A stretch of DNA of 20,000 nt, taken from the IMG/VR virus record IMGVR_UViG_3300000553_000007. One strand, given 5' to 3'. Below are positions 7,726 through 15,200 of this stretch, piece by piece. This stretch comes from an uncultured virus (IMG/VR IMGVR_UViG_3300000553_000007) (taxonomy: Duplodnaviria > Heunggongvirae > Uroviricota > Caudoviricetes). Positions within the stretch are counted from its first letter, which is position 1; each line of letters starts with the position of its first letter. The notes beneath the pieces are model-generated. The model had not been told where the DNA came from. It worked only from the letters and a program-made list of their open reading frames with translations, and ran no database searches. Position numbers and translations under genes: made by a program.

Positions 7726-7822
7726 TGCAATTTGAGAAGGATTCGAACCTTCGACCAACCCAATCAAGGGTTCGGCATGGCTATCAAGGCCAATACGTTA
7801 AACCACTCCGACACCAAACTAC
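7726..7822 (-). pseudogene. degenerate Ser(TGA)-like tRNA with extended acceptor stem and no CCA
   Basis: Perfect T-arm GAAGG-TTCGAAT-CCTTC; long variable arm; loop CTTGATA; acceptor GTAGTTTGG/TCAAATTGC. Confidence 0.6.
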
Positions 7823-7829
7823 ATATTTG

Positions 7830-8237
7830 TTAACAATCAAAAATCTGTTCGTATTTTCCAATAGTCATATGAAAACATTTTATATGACCCGATGGTGGTA
7901 ATGTATATTTACTATAAATTGACATACCAAGTTCTTCTCTAATTGATTCCAATCTCTTACACCACACATTTAAAAAGAAATATCCATTTCCTTCAAGAAC
8001 GTATGAGTCATACATAAACTCAACTTCTTCGCCTTCATAGTCATCCCAATATCGTATTCTTGGTGGAATTTCTAATTTAGGTCTTACGACTGTGATGTGA
8101 GCCGGCCACTTTGATTTAAATGGTCTTCTATATAACGGTATTAACGAATAATAATCCGATAAATCTTGACCAACTTCAACCGTTACTCTAAATCCATTTT
8201 CATCGTTGTAATGAATTTTTCCTTTTCCTAAAAACAT
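7830..8237 (-). CDS. 2H phosphoesterase family protein
   Basis: Two HxT motifs (AHITV, FHMTI); paralog of 9999..10397, which supports the MFLGKG start. Confidence 0.75.
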   Translation of the reverse strand: MFLGKGKIHYNDENGFRVTVEVGQDLSDYYSLIPLYRRPFKSKWPAHITVVRPKLEIPPRIRYWDDYEGEEVEFMYDSYVLEGNGYFFLNVWCKRLESIREELGMSIYSKYTLPPSGHIKCFHMTIGKYEQIFDC

Positions 8238-8260
8238 TTCTGTAATATTACCTTTCAAAT

Positions 8261-8334
8261 TGGAGCCCGGTGTCAGAATCGAACTGACGTTTCTTCGTTA
8301 CAAGGGAAGAGTAATGCCATTATACTAAACGGGC
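8261..8334 (-). tRNA. tRNA-Thr(TGT)
   Basis: CTTCC-CTTGTAA-CGAAG (31:39 mismatch); TCCA end. Confidence 0.88.
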
Positions 8335-8636
8335 AAATTTTCACTGTCTTTTCTAGCTTTCTCGTATGATGAACCTATTTTTTTATATAAATCATTTGGA
8401 TGAAACCCATCTGTATTCCATTTACCATGTGTAATATGAAAATGTTCGGCATTCCAATGACAATCTGGACACAAGGAAATACCATTATTTAGAACATATC
8501 CACCATTTGGCATTTCGTGGCGGTCTGTAATATGATGTGCATCTAATTTTTCTTTATTATTGCACATTCTACATTTACGACCGTCTCTTTCAAATACACC
8601 TTCACGGAATAGGTGTCTTTTTTGATATTTGTTCAT
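8325..8636 (-). CDS. HNH endonuclease
   Basis: VFERDGRKCRMC..LDAHHI..NGISLCPDCH. Confidence 0.88.
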   Translation of the reverse strand: MNKYQKRHLFREGVFERDGRKCRMCNNKEKLDAHHITDRHEMPNGGYVLNNGISLCPDCHWNAEHFHITHGKWNTDGFHPNDLYKKIGSSYEKARKDSENLPV

Positions 8637-8877
8637 ACTTACTTTCTATTTGTTTCTTCGCTTCTTCAAATGTCACAGACTTTGGTTGTGCGTCAACTGT
8701 TGCTTGAACTTTTTTACGAGTAGCTTGTAACTTTTCATCTAGTTTGATACATTTCAATAGACGTTTTAATCCACGTTTTGAAAGAGGCATCATAGTTTGT
8801 AATTGTTCCAACGCTTGACGTTCTGTTGTCAATGGTTGATTTAATCTACCTTCTAAAGTAGGCCATTTATTTTTCAT
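8602..8877 (-). CDS. hypothetical protein
   Basis: ORF track 8602..8901; start uncertain, ATG 8877 chosen. Confidence 0.55.
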   Translation of the reverse strand: MKNKWPTLEGRLNQPLTTERQALEQLQTMMPLSKRGLKRLLKCIKLDEKLQATRKKVQATVDAQPKSVTFEEAKKQIESKYEQISKKTPIP

Positions 8878-9109
8878 AAATGTGGTCATATTTACCAACA
8901 AACTCGAATGTCTTTTCTATGTTGGGGAAATTTTTTAACCAACCATCAATTTTATCTTCATTATTCCCATACATTACCATTCCATTTGGTGTAATTGGCT
9001 CTTTACTACTACCATCATCACTGATGATGAACGCAGGCATTCCGTTTATATAAACTATATTTTTATATATGTCGTTTTCAAATTTGGAATTTACAATTTC
9101 ACATATCAT
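8867..9109 (-). CDS. hypothetical protein
   Basis: 80-aa ORF with ATGA overlap to the upstream gene. Confidence 0.6.
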   Translation of the reverse strand: MICEIVNSKFENDIYKNIVYINGMPAFIISDDGSSKEPITPNGMVMYGNNEDKIDGWLKNFPNIEKTFEFVGKYDHIYEK

Positions 9110-9318
9110 AAATTATAATTTTTCAGTAATTTATCCAAAATAGATTTATCAATTGTTTGCGCTAAAAAATTAGCAGCAGCATCAGGGCAATAATCCCATC
9201 TATTACATGTGGGACATCTATAATGGGATGTTCTGACGGAAATGCCCATATCCCCAATTTTGGGGTCGCCGTGTTCGACGATTGTCATCTCAATATCGCA
9301 CTTTTCACATTTCTTCAT
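9106..9318 (-). CDS. small zinc-ribbon protein
   Basis: CEKC..CPTC; ATG 9318 lies 5 nt after a -10 box. Confidence 0.65.
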   Translation of the reverse strand: MKKCEKCDIEMTIVEHGDPKIGDMGISVRTSHYRCPTCNRWDYCPDAAANFLAQTIDKSILDKLLKNYNL

Positions 9319-9323
9319 AAAAT

Positions 9324-9351
9324 ATAATAACACATCTTGTGGATATGTCAA
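9324..9351 (-). promoter_or_regulatory. sigma70-like promoter
   Basis: TTGACA-16 bp-TATTAT. Confidence 0.6.
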
Positions 9352-9362
9352 GCGTTTAAAAA

Positions 9363-9439
9363 TGGCGAGATAGACGAGACTCGAACTCGCAACTTTTCGG
9401 GCGACAGCCGAATACTCTAACCAATTGAGTTACTACCCC
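9363..9439 (-). tRNA. tRNA-Asp(GTC)
   Basis: TTCGG-CTGTCGC-CCGAA; GCCA end. Confidence 0.93.
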
Positions 9440-10002
9440 GTTAATTGACATCCGAAATTTACTTTAAAAATTGTTCTGATGGCATCTTTACCACTCTCTT
9501 GCAATTCTCTAGTTCCGATACCGGCAAAATTTTGTGTCAACTTTGGAATTTCGCCCCAAAGACACTCAAATCCAACAATTGGCATATATCGAAACCAAGA
9601 ACCTCCCATATCGTCTTGAAGAAATACAAACGTAGGTTTATCACAGTCAATTGCCATTTGAACCGCCCATCCTGTTCCTCCATCCACAGTCGATTTTGAT
9701 AAAAACTTTTTCGCTATAGCGAAAACCGCATCTGAATTCTTGATTTGAAACCAATTCCTAGATAATAAATTTTTTATATAGGTTGGTTGACCTTGTGGAT
9801 ATTTTTTTAGAACTTTATTAGCTCTTAATACTGCTTCAAATCCTTCATTTAATTCCGGTCTTTCTAGAATCTTTCTATTCTTACCTTTTTGCGTATGACC
9901 ATAAAAAGAATAAGCGATGGTTTTAACACCGTATTTATCGCCTTCGTTTTCCCAGAACATATCAGCACCGGGACAACCACCACTATGACAAGTATAATTC
10001 AT
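9433..10002 (-). CDS. SLOG-superfamily (YpsA/DprA/LOG-like) nucleotide-binding protein
   Basis: HSGGCPGAD, RN...SDAVFAI, GGTGWAV..A..KP.FVF and FAGIGTR motifs. Confidence 0.7.
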   Translation of the reverse strand: MNYTCHSGGCPGADMFWENEGDKYGVKTIAYSFYGHTQKGKNRKILERPELNEGFEAVLRANKVLKKYPQGQPTYIKNLLSRNWFQIKNSDAVFAIAKKFLSKSTVDGGTGWAVQMAIDCDKPTFVFLQDDMGGSWFRYMPIVGFECLWGEIPKLTQNFAGIGTRELQESGKDAIRTIFKVNFGCQLTG

Positions 10003-10397
10003 AAATTAAATCCTTTACCCAAAGTACAATGAAAACATTTTAAATATCCTAATGGCGGAATTGTTATTCTACTTATTATAGACAATCCTAATTCTTTACG
10101 AATATCTTCCATTTCAACTGACCATAAATTGAACCACCAATAATTTTTTTCATATAAAATATTATAGTCGTACACGAAATTTGCAACTTGGCCTTCTCTA
10201 TTTCCCCATTTATCCCAATTAATAATTGGGTCTATTGGGCTTACGACGGTTACGTGGGCATTCCATCTTGGTTTTAATGCTCGGTAATATTTAGGAATTA
10301 GAGAATAGTAATAATCTCCAATGGATTGTTCCACACTTACGGTAACTCTATCTCCATCGGATTTATCATAATGAATTATTCCACTAGACTTAAACAT
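9999..10397 (-). CDS. 2H phosphoesterase family protein
   Basis: Two HxT motifs (AHVTV, FHCTL); paralog of 7830..8237. Confidence 0.75.
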   Translation of the reverse strand: MFKSSGIIHYDKSDGDRVTVSVEQSIGDYYYSLIPKYYRALKPRWNAHVTVVSPIDPIINWDKWGNREGQVANFVYDYNILYEKNYWWFNLWSVEMEDIRKELGLSIISRITIPPLGYLKCFHCTLGKGFNL

Positions 10398-10402
10398 CCC
10401 AA

Positions 10403-10430
10403 ATTATACATTACCGAATTGAGAAGTCAA
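10403..10430 (-). promoter_or_regulatory. sigma70-like promoter; probably leaderless 2H gene
   Basis: TTGACT-16 bp-TATAAT, 5 nt before ATG 10397. Confidence 0.7.
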
Positions 10431-10829
10431 GATTTAATTTCCATAACATCGTCAGAAGACCAAATAACGGTATCTTCTTCATCGTTATCCCATGTTACTT
10501 TATTAGACTCTAATTCAATTGCCAAATTTATCAATTCTCTTTTCTGTAATTGATTCGGTTTGTGGAGAGAGTTGTTTGTGCACAATTCTTTAAGATAATT
10601 TGAATTTGTGATTCTTTGCCAACCGAGTTTCCATAAATCTAATATATGGTCTGAGGCATCATTGAAATCGTTTTTATTTTTTGTGGCCTGCCATAATATA
10701 TTACGAGCATCTGAACCGTGTGAGTATTTGATTGGAATAAAAGTTCCATTTGGCATCTGCCAAGAATATGCCCGTTTTTTATCGGATTCTAATGTCTCAT
10801 TTAGTATGTCTTTTAGCTTAATCGCTCAT
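10427..10829 (-). CDS. hypothetical protein; apparent 1-nt insertion right after the start codon
   Basis: Frame of track ORF 10427..10756 stays open upstream as IKLKDILNE..; ATG 10829 behind an ATATTTAT motif is 1 nt out of frame (ATG AGC G ATT AAG). Confidence 0.55.
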
Positions 10830-10866
10830 ATAAATATAAAGTTAAAGATGATTTTACTATATAAAT

Positions 10867-10940
10867 TGGTGCATCCACCCGGAATCGAACCGAGATTAAC
10901 AGGGTAAAAGCCTGCCAGCTTACCATTGACTTATGGATGC
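10867..10940 (-). tRNA. tRNA-Lys(TTT)
   Basis: GCAGG-CTTTTAC-CCTGT; ACCA end. Confidence 0.9.
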
Positions 10941-10949
10941 GTTAAAAAC

Positions 10950-11013
10950 AAGATACCATCTTTTTTAGTTCTGCGTATTAGGCGGATTTTATTTTGATTG
11001 CGGTTGATATCTT
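10950..11013 (-). ncRNA. stem-closed small RNA (AGATAY..CMGCAATC family)
   Basis: AAGATATCA/TGGTATCTT terminal stem followed by ACCGCAATCAAAA. Confidence 0.5.
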
Positions 11014-11017
11014 TAAA

Positions 11018-11085
11018 TGGTGGAGTTTGAGGATTTTTACCCCATGTTCTATTGTCGCCTGAACAAGGCTTACCCTACATACCCC
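11018..11085 (-). ncRNA. degenerate tRNA-like RNA with Ala-type acceptor
   Basis: GGGGT/ACTCC-ACCA (G3:U70); three short arms with non-canonical loops. Confidence 0.45.
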
Positions 11086-11126
11086 TGCATAGGATAATAC
11101 TTTCTGAACATCACTCAATGTACAAA

Positions 11127-11291
11127 TTACCTTAAAATCTTTAATACTAACCGAGCTTTCTTTAACTTTTGTTCGGTTTTAGTGTATTCTTCACCACTAA
11201 CATTCTTCTTATAGTTTTCACTATTCAAACGTTTTTCAAGAAAGGCGATATAATCTTCCTCCTGTTTGATTCGGTTTTCTTTTGTATTCAT
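11127..11291 (-). CDS. 54-aa coiled-coil protein resembling the ValRS C-terminal tRNA-binding arm
   Basis: IAFLEKRLNSENYKKNVSGEEYTKTEQKL compared with the remembered ValRS pattern KKLSNEGFVAKAPAEVVEKEREKL; start moved to ATG 11291, outside the tRNA. Confidence 0.55.
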   Translation of the reverse strand: MNTKENRIKQEEDYIAFLEKRLNSENYKKNVSGEEYTKTEQKLKKARLVLKILR

Positions 11292-11295
11292 AAAT

Positions 11296-11374
11296 TGGTG
11301 TCTGTGGAGGGATTCGAACCCACACTTTACAAGTTTTAAGTTTGTTGCCATGCTTCCAGTTGGGCTACACAGAC
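11296..11374 (-). tRNA. tRNA-Leu(TAA), short variable loop
   Basis: ACAAA-CTTAAAA-CTTGT; 5-nt variable loop; ACCA end. Confidence 0.85.
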
Positions 11375-11437
11375 GTATAAATAAGCAGAACTGAAATATA
11401 AGTTCATTTTAAGTTGTTCCATTTATATTTATTTTAT

Positions 11438-11911
11438 ATGAAACACAAATATGAAAAAGAACAATTTTCGGAATGCGTAAAAAAATCTGAAAGTATGGGG
11501 CATTTATTAGAACTTTTAGGTATTATAAAAGCCGGTGGAAATTATGCTACAATGAAACGTAGAATATTAACGTGGAATATAGACACTTCCCATTGGGAAC
11601 TAACAAAACGAAAACGTCAGGGATATAAAAATCGTGAAAGAGATAATTCCATTCCATTGTATAAAATTTTAATAGAAAATTCATCATATACTCACACTTA
11701 TTGTCTTAAAAATAAATTAATTAAAGAAAAGGTGTTTGAGTTGAAATGTTATAGATGTGAATTAACTAATTGGCTGGATAGGTCAATTCCTTTAGAATTA
11801 GAACATATAAACGGAAATCGAGCCGATAATAGAATTGAAAATCTTACATTATTGTGTCCAAATTGTCATGCTTTAACTAATACTTACCGTGGAAAAAATA
11901 AACGAAAGTAA
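11438..11911 (+). CDS. HNH endonuclease (homing-type), antisense to the array
   Basis: CYRC..LELEHINGNRADNRIENLTLLCPNCH; ATG 11438 follows ATATTTAT. Confidence 0.92.
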   Translation: MKHKYEKEQFSECVKKSESMGHLLELLGIIKAGGNYATMKRRILTWNIDTSHWELTKRKRQGYKNRERDNSIPLYKILIENSSYTHTYCLKNKLIKEKVFELKCYRCELTNWLDRSIPLELEHINGNRADNRIENLTLLCPNCHALTNTYRGKNKRK

Positions 11912-11913
11912 AT

Positions 11914-11990
11914 TGGTAGTGGTAAAGAGAGTCGAACTCTTAAAATCATTATTTTGAGTAATAAATGTCTTCCAATTGCATCATACCACC
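11914..11990 (-). tRNA. tRNA-Leu(CAA), short variable loop
   Basis: TATTA-CTCAAAA-TAATG; ACCA end. Confidence 0.87.
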
Positions 11991-11998
11991 ATAAAATT

Positions 11999-12076
11999 TG
12001 GTAACATCTAAGGGATTCGAACCCATACATTTCTGTTTCTGAGACAGACGACTCCTACCGGTTGGTCTAAGATGTC
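11999..12076 (-). tRNA. tRNA-Leu(CAG), short variable loop
   Basis: TCTGT-CTCAGAA-ACAGA; ACCA end. Confidence 0.88.
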
Positions 12077-12139
12077 ATTAAATTGTGTCTTCTTCTCCCC
12101 TAACGCGGGGCTACCGACCGAAATGGTCGCCGACTGAAT

Positions 12140-12215
12140 TGGGGTGAGTAGGGGGAATCGAACCCGCCATTGGAAGCTTCACAGGCCTCGACATTACCAC
12201 TATGCTATACACACC
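12140..12215 (-). tRNA. tRNA-His(GTG)
   Basis: GAGGC-CTGTGAA-GCTTC; encoded G-1 opposite C73; CCA end. Confidence 0.9.
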
Positions 12216-12227
12216 ATAAAAATTATT

Positions 12228-12422
12228 TGTCATATGGCTAATGTGTGGAATGGAAAACCACTGATGTTACAATTAGACCACATTGACGGCAATCACCAAA
12301 ATCACGTTATTTCTAATCTACGATTTATTTGTCCAAATTGTCATAGTCAGACAGAAACATTTTCTGGAAAAAATAAAATGGCATCGGTGGAGGGAATCGA
12401 ACCCATCATATCTTCTCATTGA
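12228..12422 (+). pseudogene. N-terminally truncated HNH endonuclease remnant
   Basis: WNGKPLMLQLDHIDGNHQNHVISNLRFICPNCH matches only the C-terminus of 11438..11911; frame reads on into the antisense of tRNA-Glu. Confidence 0.75.
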
Positions 12423-12457
12423 GAATGAGACGTGTTAACCAATTACACTACACCGAC
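12379..12457 (-). tRNA. tRNA-Glu(CTC)
   Basis: TCTCA-TTCTCAA-TGAGA; GCCA end. Confidence 0.88.
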
Positions 12458-12464
12458 ATATTCA

Positions 12465-12568
12465 CAGACACGTCAGGTCACACGATATTCACTATATTTT
12501 TCCGTTATTCATGTGATTGGCAAAACCACCAGGCGCCATTTAGTCCACCCTTGTCAGGGATGTGTCTA
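12465..12568 (-). ncRNA. stem-closed structured RNA, unknown
   Basis: TAGACAC/GTGTCTG terminal stem; internal CCCT-GACA-AGGG and TCACATGA/TCGTGTGA helices. Confidence 0.4.
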
Positions 12569-13099
12569 TGAAATTGTTGATACATACATGCCCATTACAA
12601 TTGCCGCACACGAGCCGACATTTAATGAACGAACTGTACCTCTAGCAGGAATAGTAACGATTCTTTCCGAATTGTCAAGCATGTATTCTGATAATCCCAA
12701 TTGTTCTTCACCGACAACAAACACCGGCGGAAACTGTAGACCGTTGAACGGATTATCATAGATTGAAACTGTCTTATTTTCATACTTTGGAACATTATTT
12801 TCAATACATACTAATGAATAATTTCCATTAATTGTTGAAATGAATTCTTCTTCGGTACGAATGAAATTGATAGGAATATAATGGTGCGTTCCAACGGTGG
12901 AACGTCGGTCATACTGCTTACTACCACCAATATAGATGGCTTCCTTGAAGCCAAAAAAGTTTGCCGAACGAATTACATTACCCAAATTGAAATCCCCTGA
13001 CAAATGCGTCATACCAAAAGCAGCAGTGTGCGCATGGTCACAATAGTTTTCCTTGATTTCTTCCGGTGATAGGGACTTTAAATAATCGTGAACATTCAT
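12566..13099 (-). CDS. SpoU/TrmH-family (SPOUT) RNA 2'-O-methyltransferase
   Basis: NLGNVIRSANFFG, VVGEEQLGLS and VTIP.RG.VRSLNVG motifs. Confidence 0.92.
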   Translation of the reverse strand: MNVHDYLKSLSPEEIKENYCDHAHTAAFGMTHLSGDFNLGNVIRSANFFGFKEAIYIGGSKQYDRRSTVGTHHYIPINFIRTEEEFISTINGNYSLVCIENNVPKYENKTVSIYDNPFNGLQFPPVFVVGEEQLGLSEYMLDNSERIVTIPARGTVRSLNVGSCAAIVMGMYVSTIS

Positions 13100-13104
13100 A
13101 ACTT

Positions 13105-14007
13105 TTATTTTTTTTCGTAGAGATTTAAGTAGTTTTTGCCATATTTTTTCTCTACATATTCAATATATGGTTTGATGTCATTTTTTCCTATGACTGTTAA
13201 TGTGTGTGGAAAATGTAAAAATTTAGATTTATTTTTGTCTGTCATATATCCTTTTACTTCCACATACTCTCCATTATCTAATACAAAATCGGGATAAAAT
13301 TTGTATTTTTTATTTTCAAATTTATACTCAAATCCTTGTGTATTCCTTTTAAATTTTAATTTGTGGTCTAATTGATAAATTACCCACGCCAATTCCCATG
13401 AAGATTGGCAAAAATATCCTTTATACCATCCCTGTTTTCCTCTACCGGAATTTTTTCTATATCCACCTGATTTACCTTTAAGGTATCCGGTTTTATTCAT
13501 CCAAATAGTAGAACATTTTCTTGAACAACAAATTTGATGTTTTTGTGATGGAAACGTTTCAAATTCTATATTACAAGTAGGACATATTTTTTTAATCAAC
13601 TCTGCTGCCGGCCGTATTCCATTAACATTGATAAATTTTATTACATTATTTTTTATAGCCCATAAAGATAATTTTTTCTTTTCTTCATCATTACATTTAT
13701 GATGTCCCCCATTTATTTGAGTATGAATAGATGCACATTTATTTGAGCAATATAAATTATTTTTATTTTTATATAAAATATCCACATTACAATTTAAACA
13801 TTTTTTAGGGGTTTTTAAATATTCATTTTTTAATAATTGAGATTTTATTTTTGAAGTATTATCTTTTGTGAAAATGAATAAATTATAAACATTTAACTTT
13901 TTAAACCTATTTCTTAGAGCATTTAAACTAATTCCATAAAGTTCAGAGTAATATTTGATTGGCTTTGTATAATCTAATTCTTCGATTTTTATATTGATAT
14001 CTTTCAT
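13105..14007 (-). CDS. PD-(D/E)XK endonuclease with Cys-rich zinc-finger repeats (homing-type)
   Basis: CLNC..YCSNKC, CPTC..CCSRKC, SSWE..YPDF..YVEVKG; ATG 14007 chosen over the TTG in the track. Confidence 0.8.
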   Translation of the reverse strand: MKDINIKIEELDYTKPIKYYSELYGISLNALRNRFKKLNVYNLFIFTKDNTSKIKSQLLKNEYLKTPKKCLNCNVDILYKNKNNLYCSNKCASIHTQINGGHHKCNDEEKKKLSLWAIKNNVIKFINVNGIRPAAELIKKICPTCNIEFETFPSQKHQICCSRKCSTIWMNKTGYLKGKSGGYRKNSGRGKQGWYKGYFCQSSWELAWVIYQLDHKLKFKRNTQGFEYKFENKKYKFYPDFVLDNGEYVEVKGYMTDKNKSKFLHFPHTLTVIGKNDIKPYIEYVEKKYGKNYLNLYEKK

Positions 14008-14067
14008 ATTGGTATCAATATATATAGTCGAACTCAATGAAAATACATTGATTTTTAATTATAAATA

Positions 14068-14141
14068 TGGTGTTCCGAAGGAGAATCGAACTCCTTTATT
14101 CGCATGGAAAGTGCGATGTATTACCATTATACGACCGGAAC
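14068..14141 (-). tRNA. tRNA-Glu(TTC)
   Basis: TCGCA-CTTTCCA-TGCGA; ACCA end. Confidence 0.9.
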
Positions 14142-14149
14142 GTAAAAGT

Positions 14150-14226
14150 TGGCAGCCTCATTCGGATTTGAACCGAATTCCCCACCTTGAAAGGGTAGTA
14201 TCCTAAACCAGATAGACGATGAGGCC
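14150..14226 (-). tRNA. tRNA-Glu(TTC)
   Basis: CTACC-CTTTCAA-GGTGG; GCCA end. Confidence 0.92.
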
Positions 14227-14268
14227 ATTTAAATCGTAACAGGTGTTTGATGTGGGGAATCTCTGTTC

Positions 14269-14766
14269 CTACTTAACACCCTTAACCTGTTTAAATTTGA
14301 AATTTATAGATTTTTTTAAAATCATTTTGGTATTGTATGAAAGAATGGTTGGTGATGCTTTCCAAGATGCTATTCTATCCAATAGAATAATACTGGCTTT
14401 TTGGAATGATTTAAATACTAATTCACTACAAAACCACTTTCCATAAGAATTTCTTTCTTCTTCGGTATCACATATAACGAATCCAATCACGGACCAGTAG
14501 TCATATTTTTTTCCAATTTGTTCCACCAAGAATTTTTCAATTATCATATCTTGTTTTTTTGTGGTATGGACTTCAAATATATCTATGATACAATCCTTAG
14601 TAAGTCCATCGGTGATACTTTTACGTCGTCTGACGCCATGAAATTCTTTTGATTCTATGATAGAACCATCATTTAATAAGACTGCTGAGTGGGAATATCC
14701 ACCTCTCGAAAAGTAAAGTATTAGTTTACTTACAACACTAGTTCCTTTATACATTACTATCCTCAT
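14269..14766 (-). CDS. permuted papain-like NlpC/P60 enzyme (YiiX/YebB-like)
   Basis: YSHSAV, GKKYD and WFCSELV motifs. Confidence 0.85.
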   Translation of the reverse strand: MRIVMYKGTSVVSKLILYFSRGGYSHSAVLLNDGSIIESKEFHGVRRRKSITDGLTKDCIIDIFEVHTTKKQDMIIEKFLVEQIGKKYDYWSVIGFVICDTEEERNSYGKWFCSELVFKSFQKASIILLDRIASWKASPTILSYNTKMILKKSINFKFKQVKGVK

Positions 14767-14778
14767 GATATATAAATA

Positions 14779-15009
14779 TCAGAATATTTCTCTATCACTG
14801 ACATTGGGAGCATCTTTAATGTTAATAAATTCTTCACAAAAGGATTCATAATTAACTGTATCCTTGTTGTATCCATCTCCGTAGTAAATGTTTACATATT
14901 GTAAACCTTTTTCTTTTGCATCTTTTAACCACGATTCAAATCGTTCCGTGTAAATAGTTGAAATCGTTTCGGATTTTCTTTGTGGAATATTTTCAAACGG
15001 ATGTGTCAT
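14779..15009 (-). CDS. hypothetical protein
   Basis: ATG 15009 with AAAGGA ribosome-binding site; the longer track start lies inside a tRNA. Confidence 0.65.
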   Translation of the reverse strand: MTHPFENIPQRKSETISTIYTERFESWLKDAKEKGLQYVNIYYGDGYNKDTVNYESFCEEFINIKDAPNVSDREIF

Positions 15010-15030
15010 GGTAATCCTTTCTTTTATAAA

Positions 15031-15105
15031 TGGCCCGGAAAATTGGTAACGCTCCAATCTCTCATCCTCTTCAGGGATACGCTAATCAATCTCAGCTATT
15101 TCCGG
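15031..15105 (-). tRNA. atypical tRNA-Phe(GAA) with non-canonical T-loop
   Basis: TATCC-CTGAAGA-GGATG; T-arm ATTGG-AGCGTTA-CCAAT; GCCA end. Confidence 0.75.
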
Positions 15106-15113
15106 TTTAAATT

Positions 15114-15189
15114 TGGAGCCACAGGTCGAAATCGAATCGGCGACGCACACGCTTTCAACGTGTCGCTCTACCAACTGAGCTACTGTGAC
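15114..15189 (-). tRNA. tRNA-Phe(GAA)
   Basis: ACACG-TTGAAAG-CGTGT; TCCA end. Confidence 0.88.
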
Positions 15190-15200
15190 TTGTGAAGTTA

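Noticed and set aside
7726..7822. Selenocysteine tRNA
   Set aside because: Anticodon reads TGA, not TCA; no extended D-stem; no CCA
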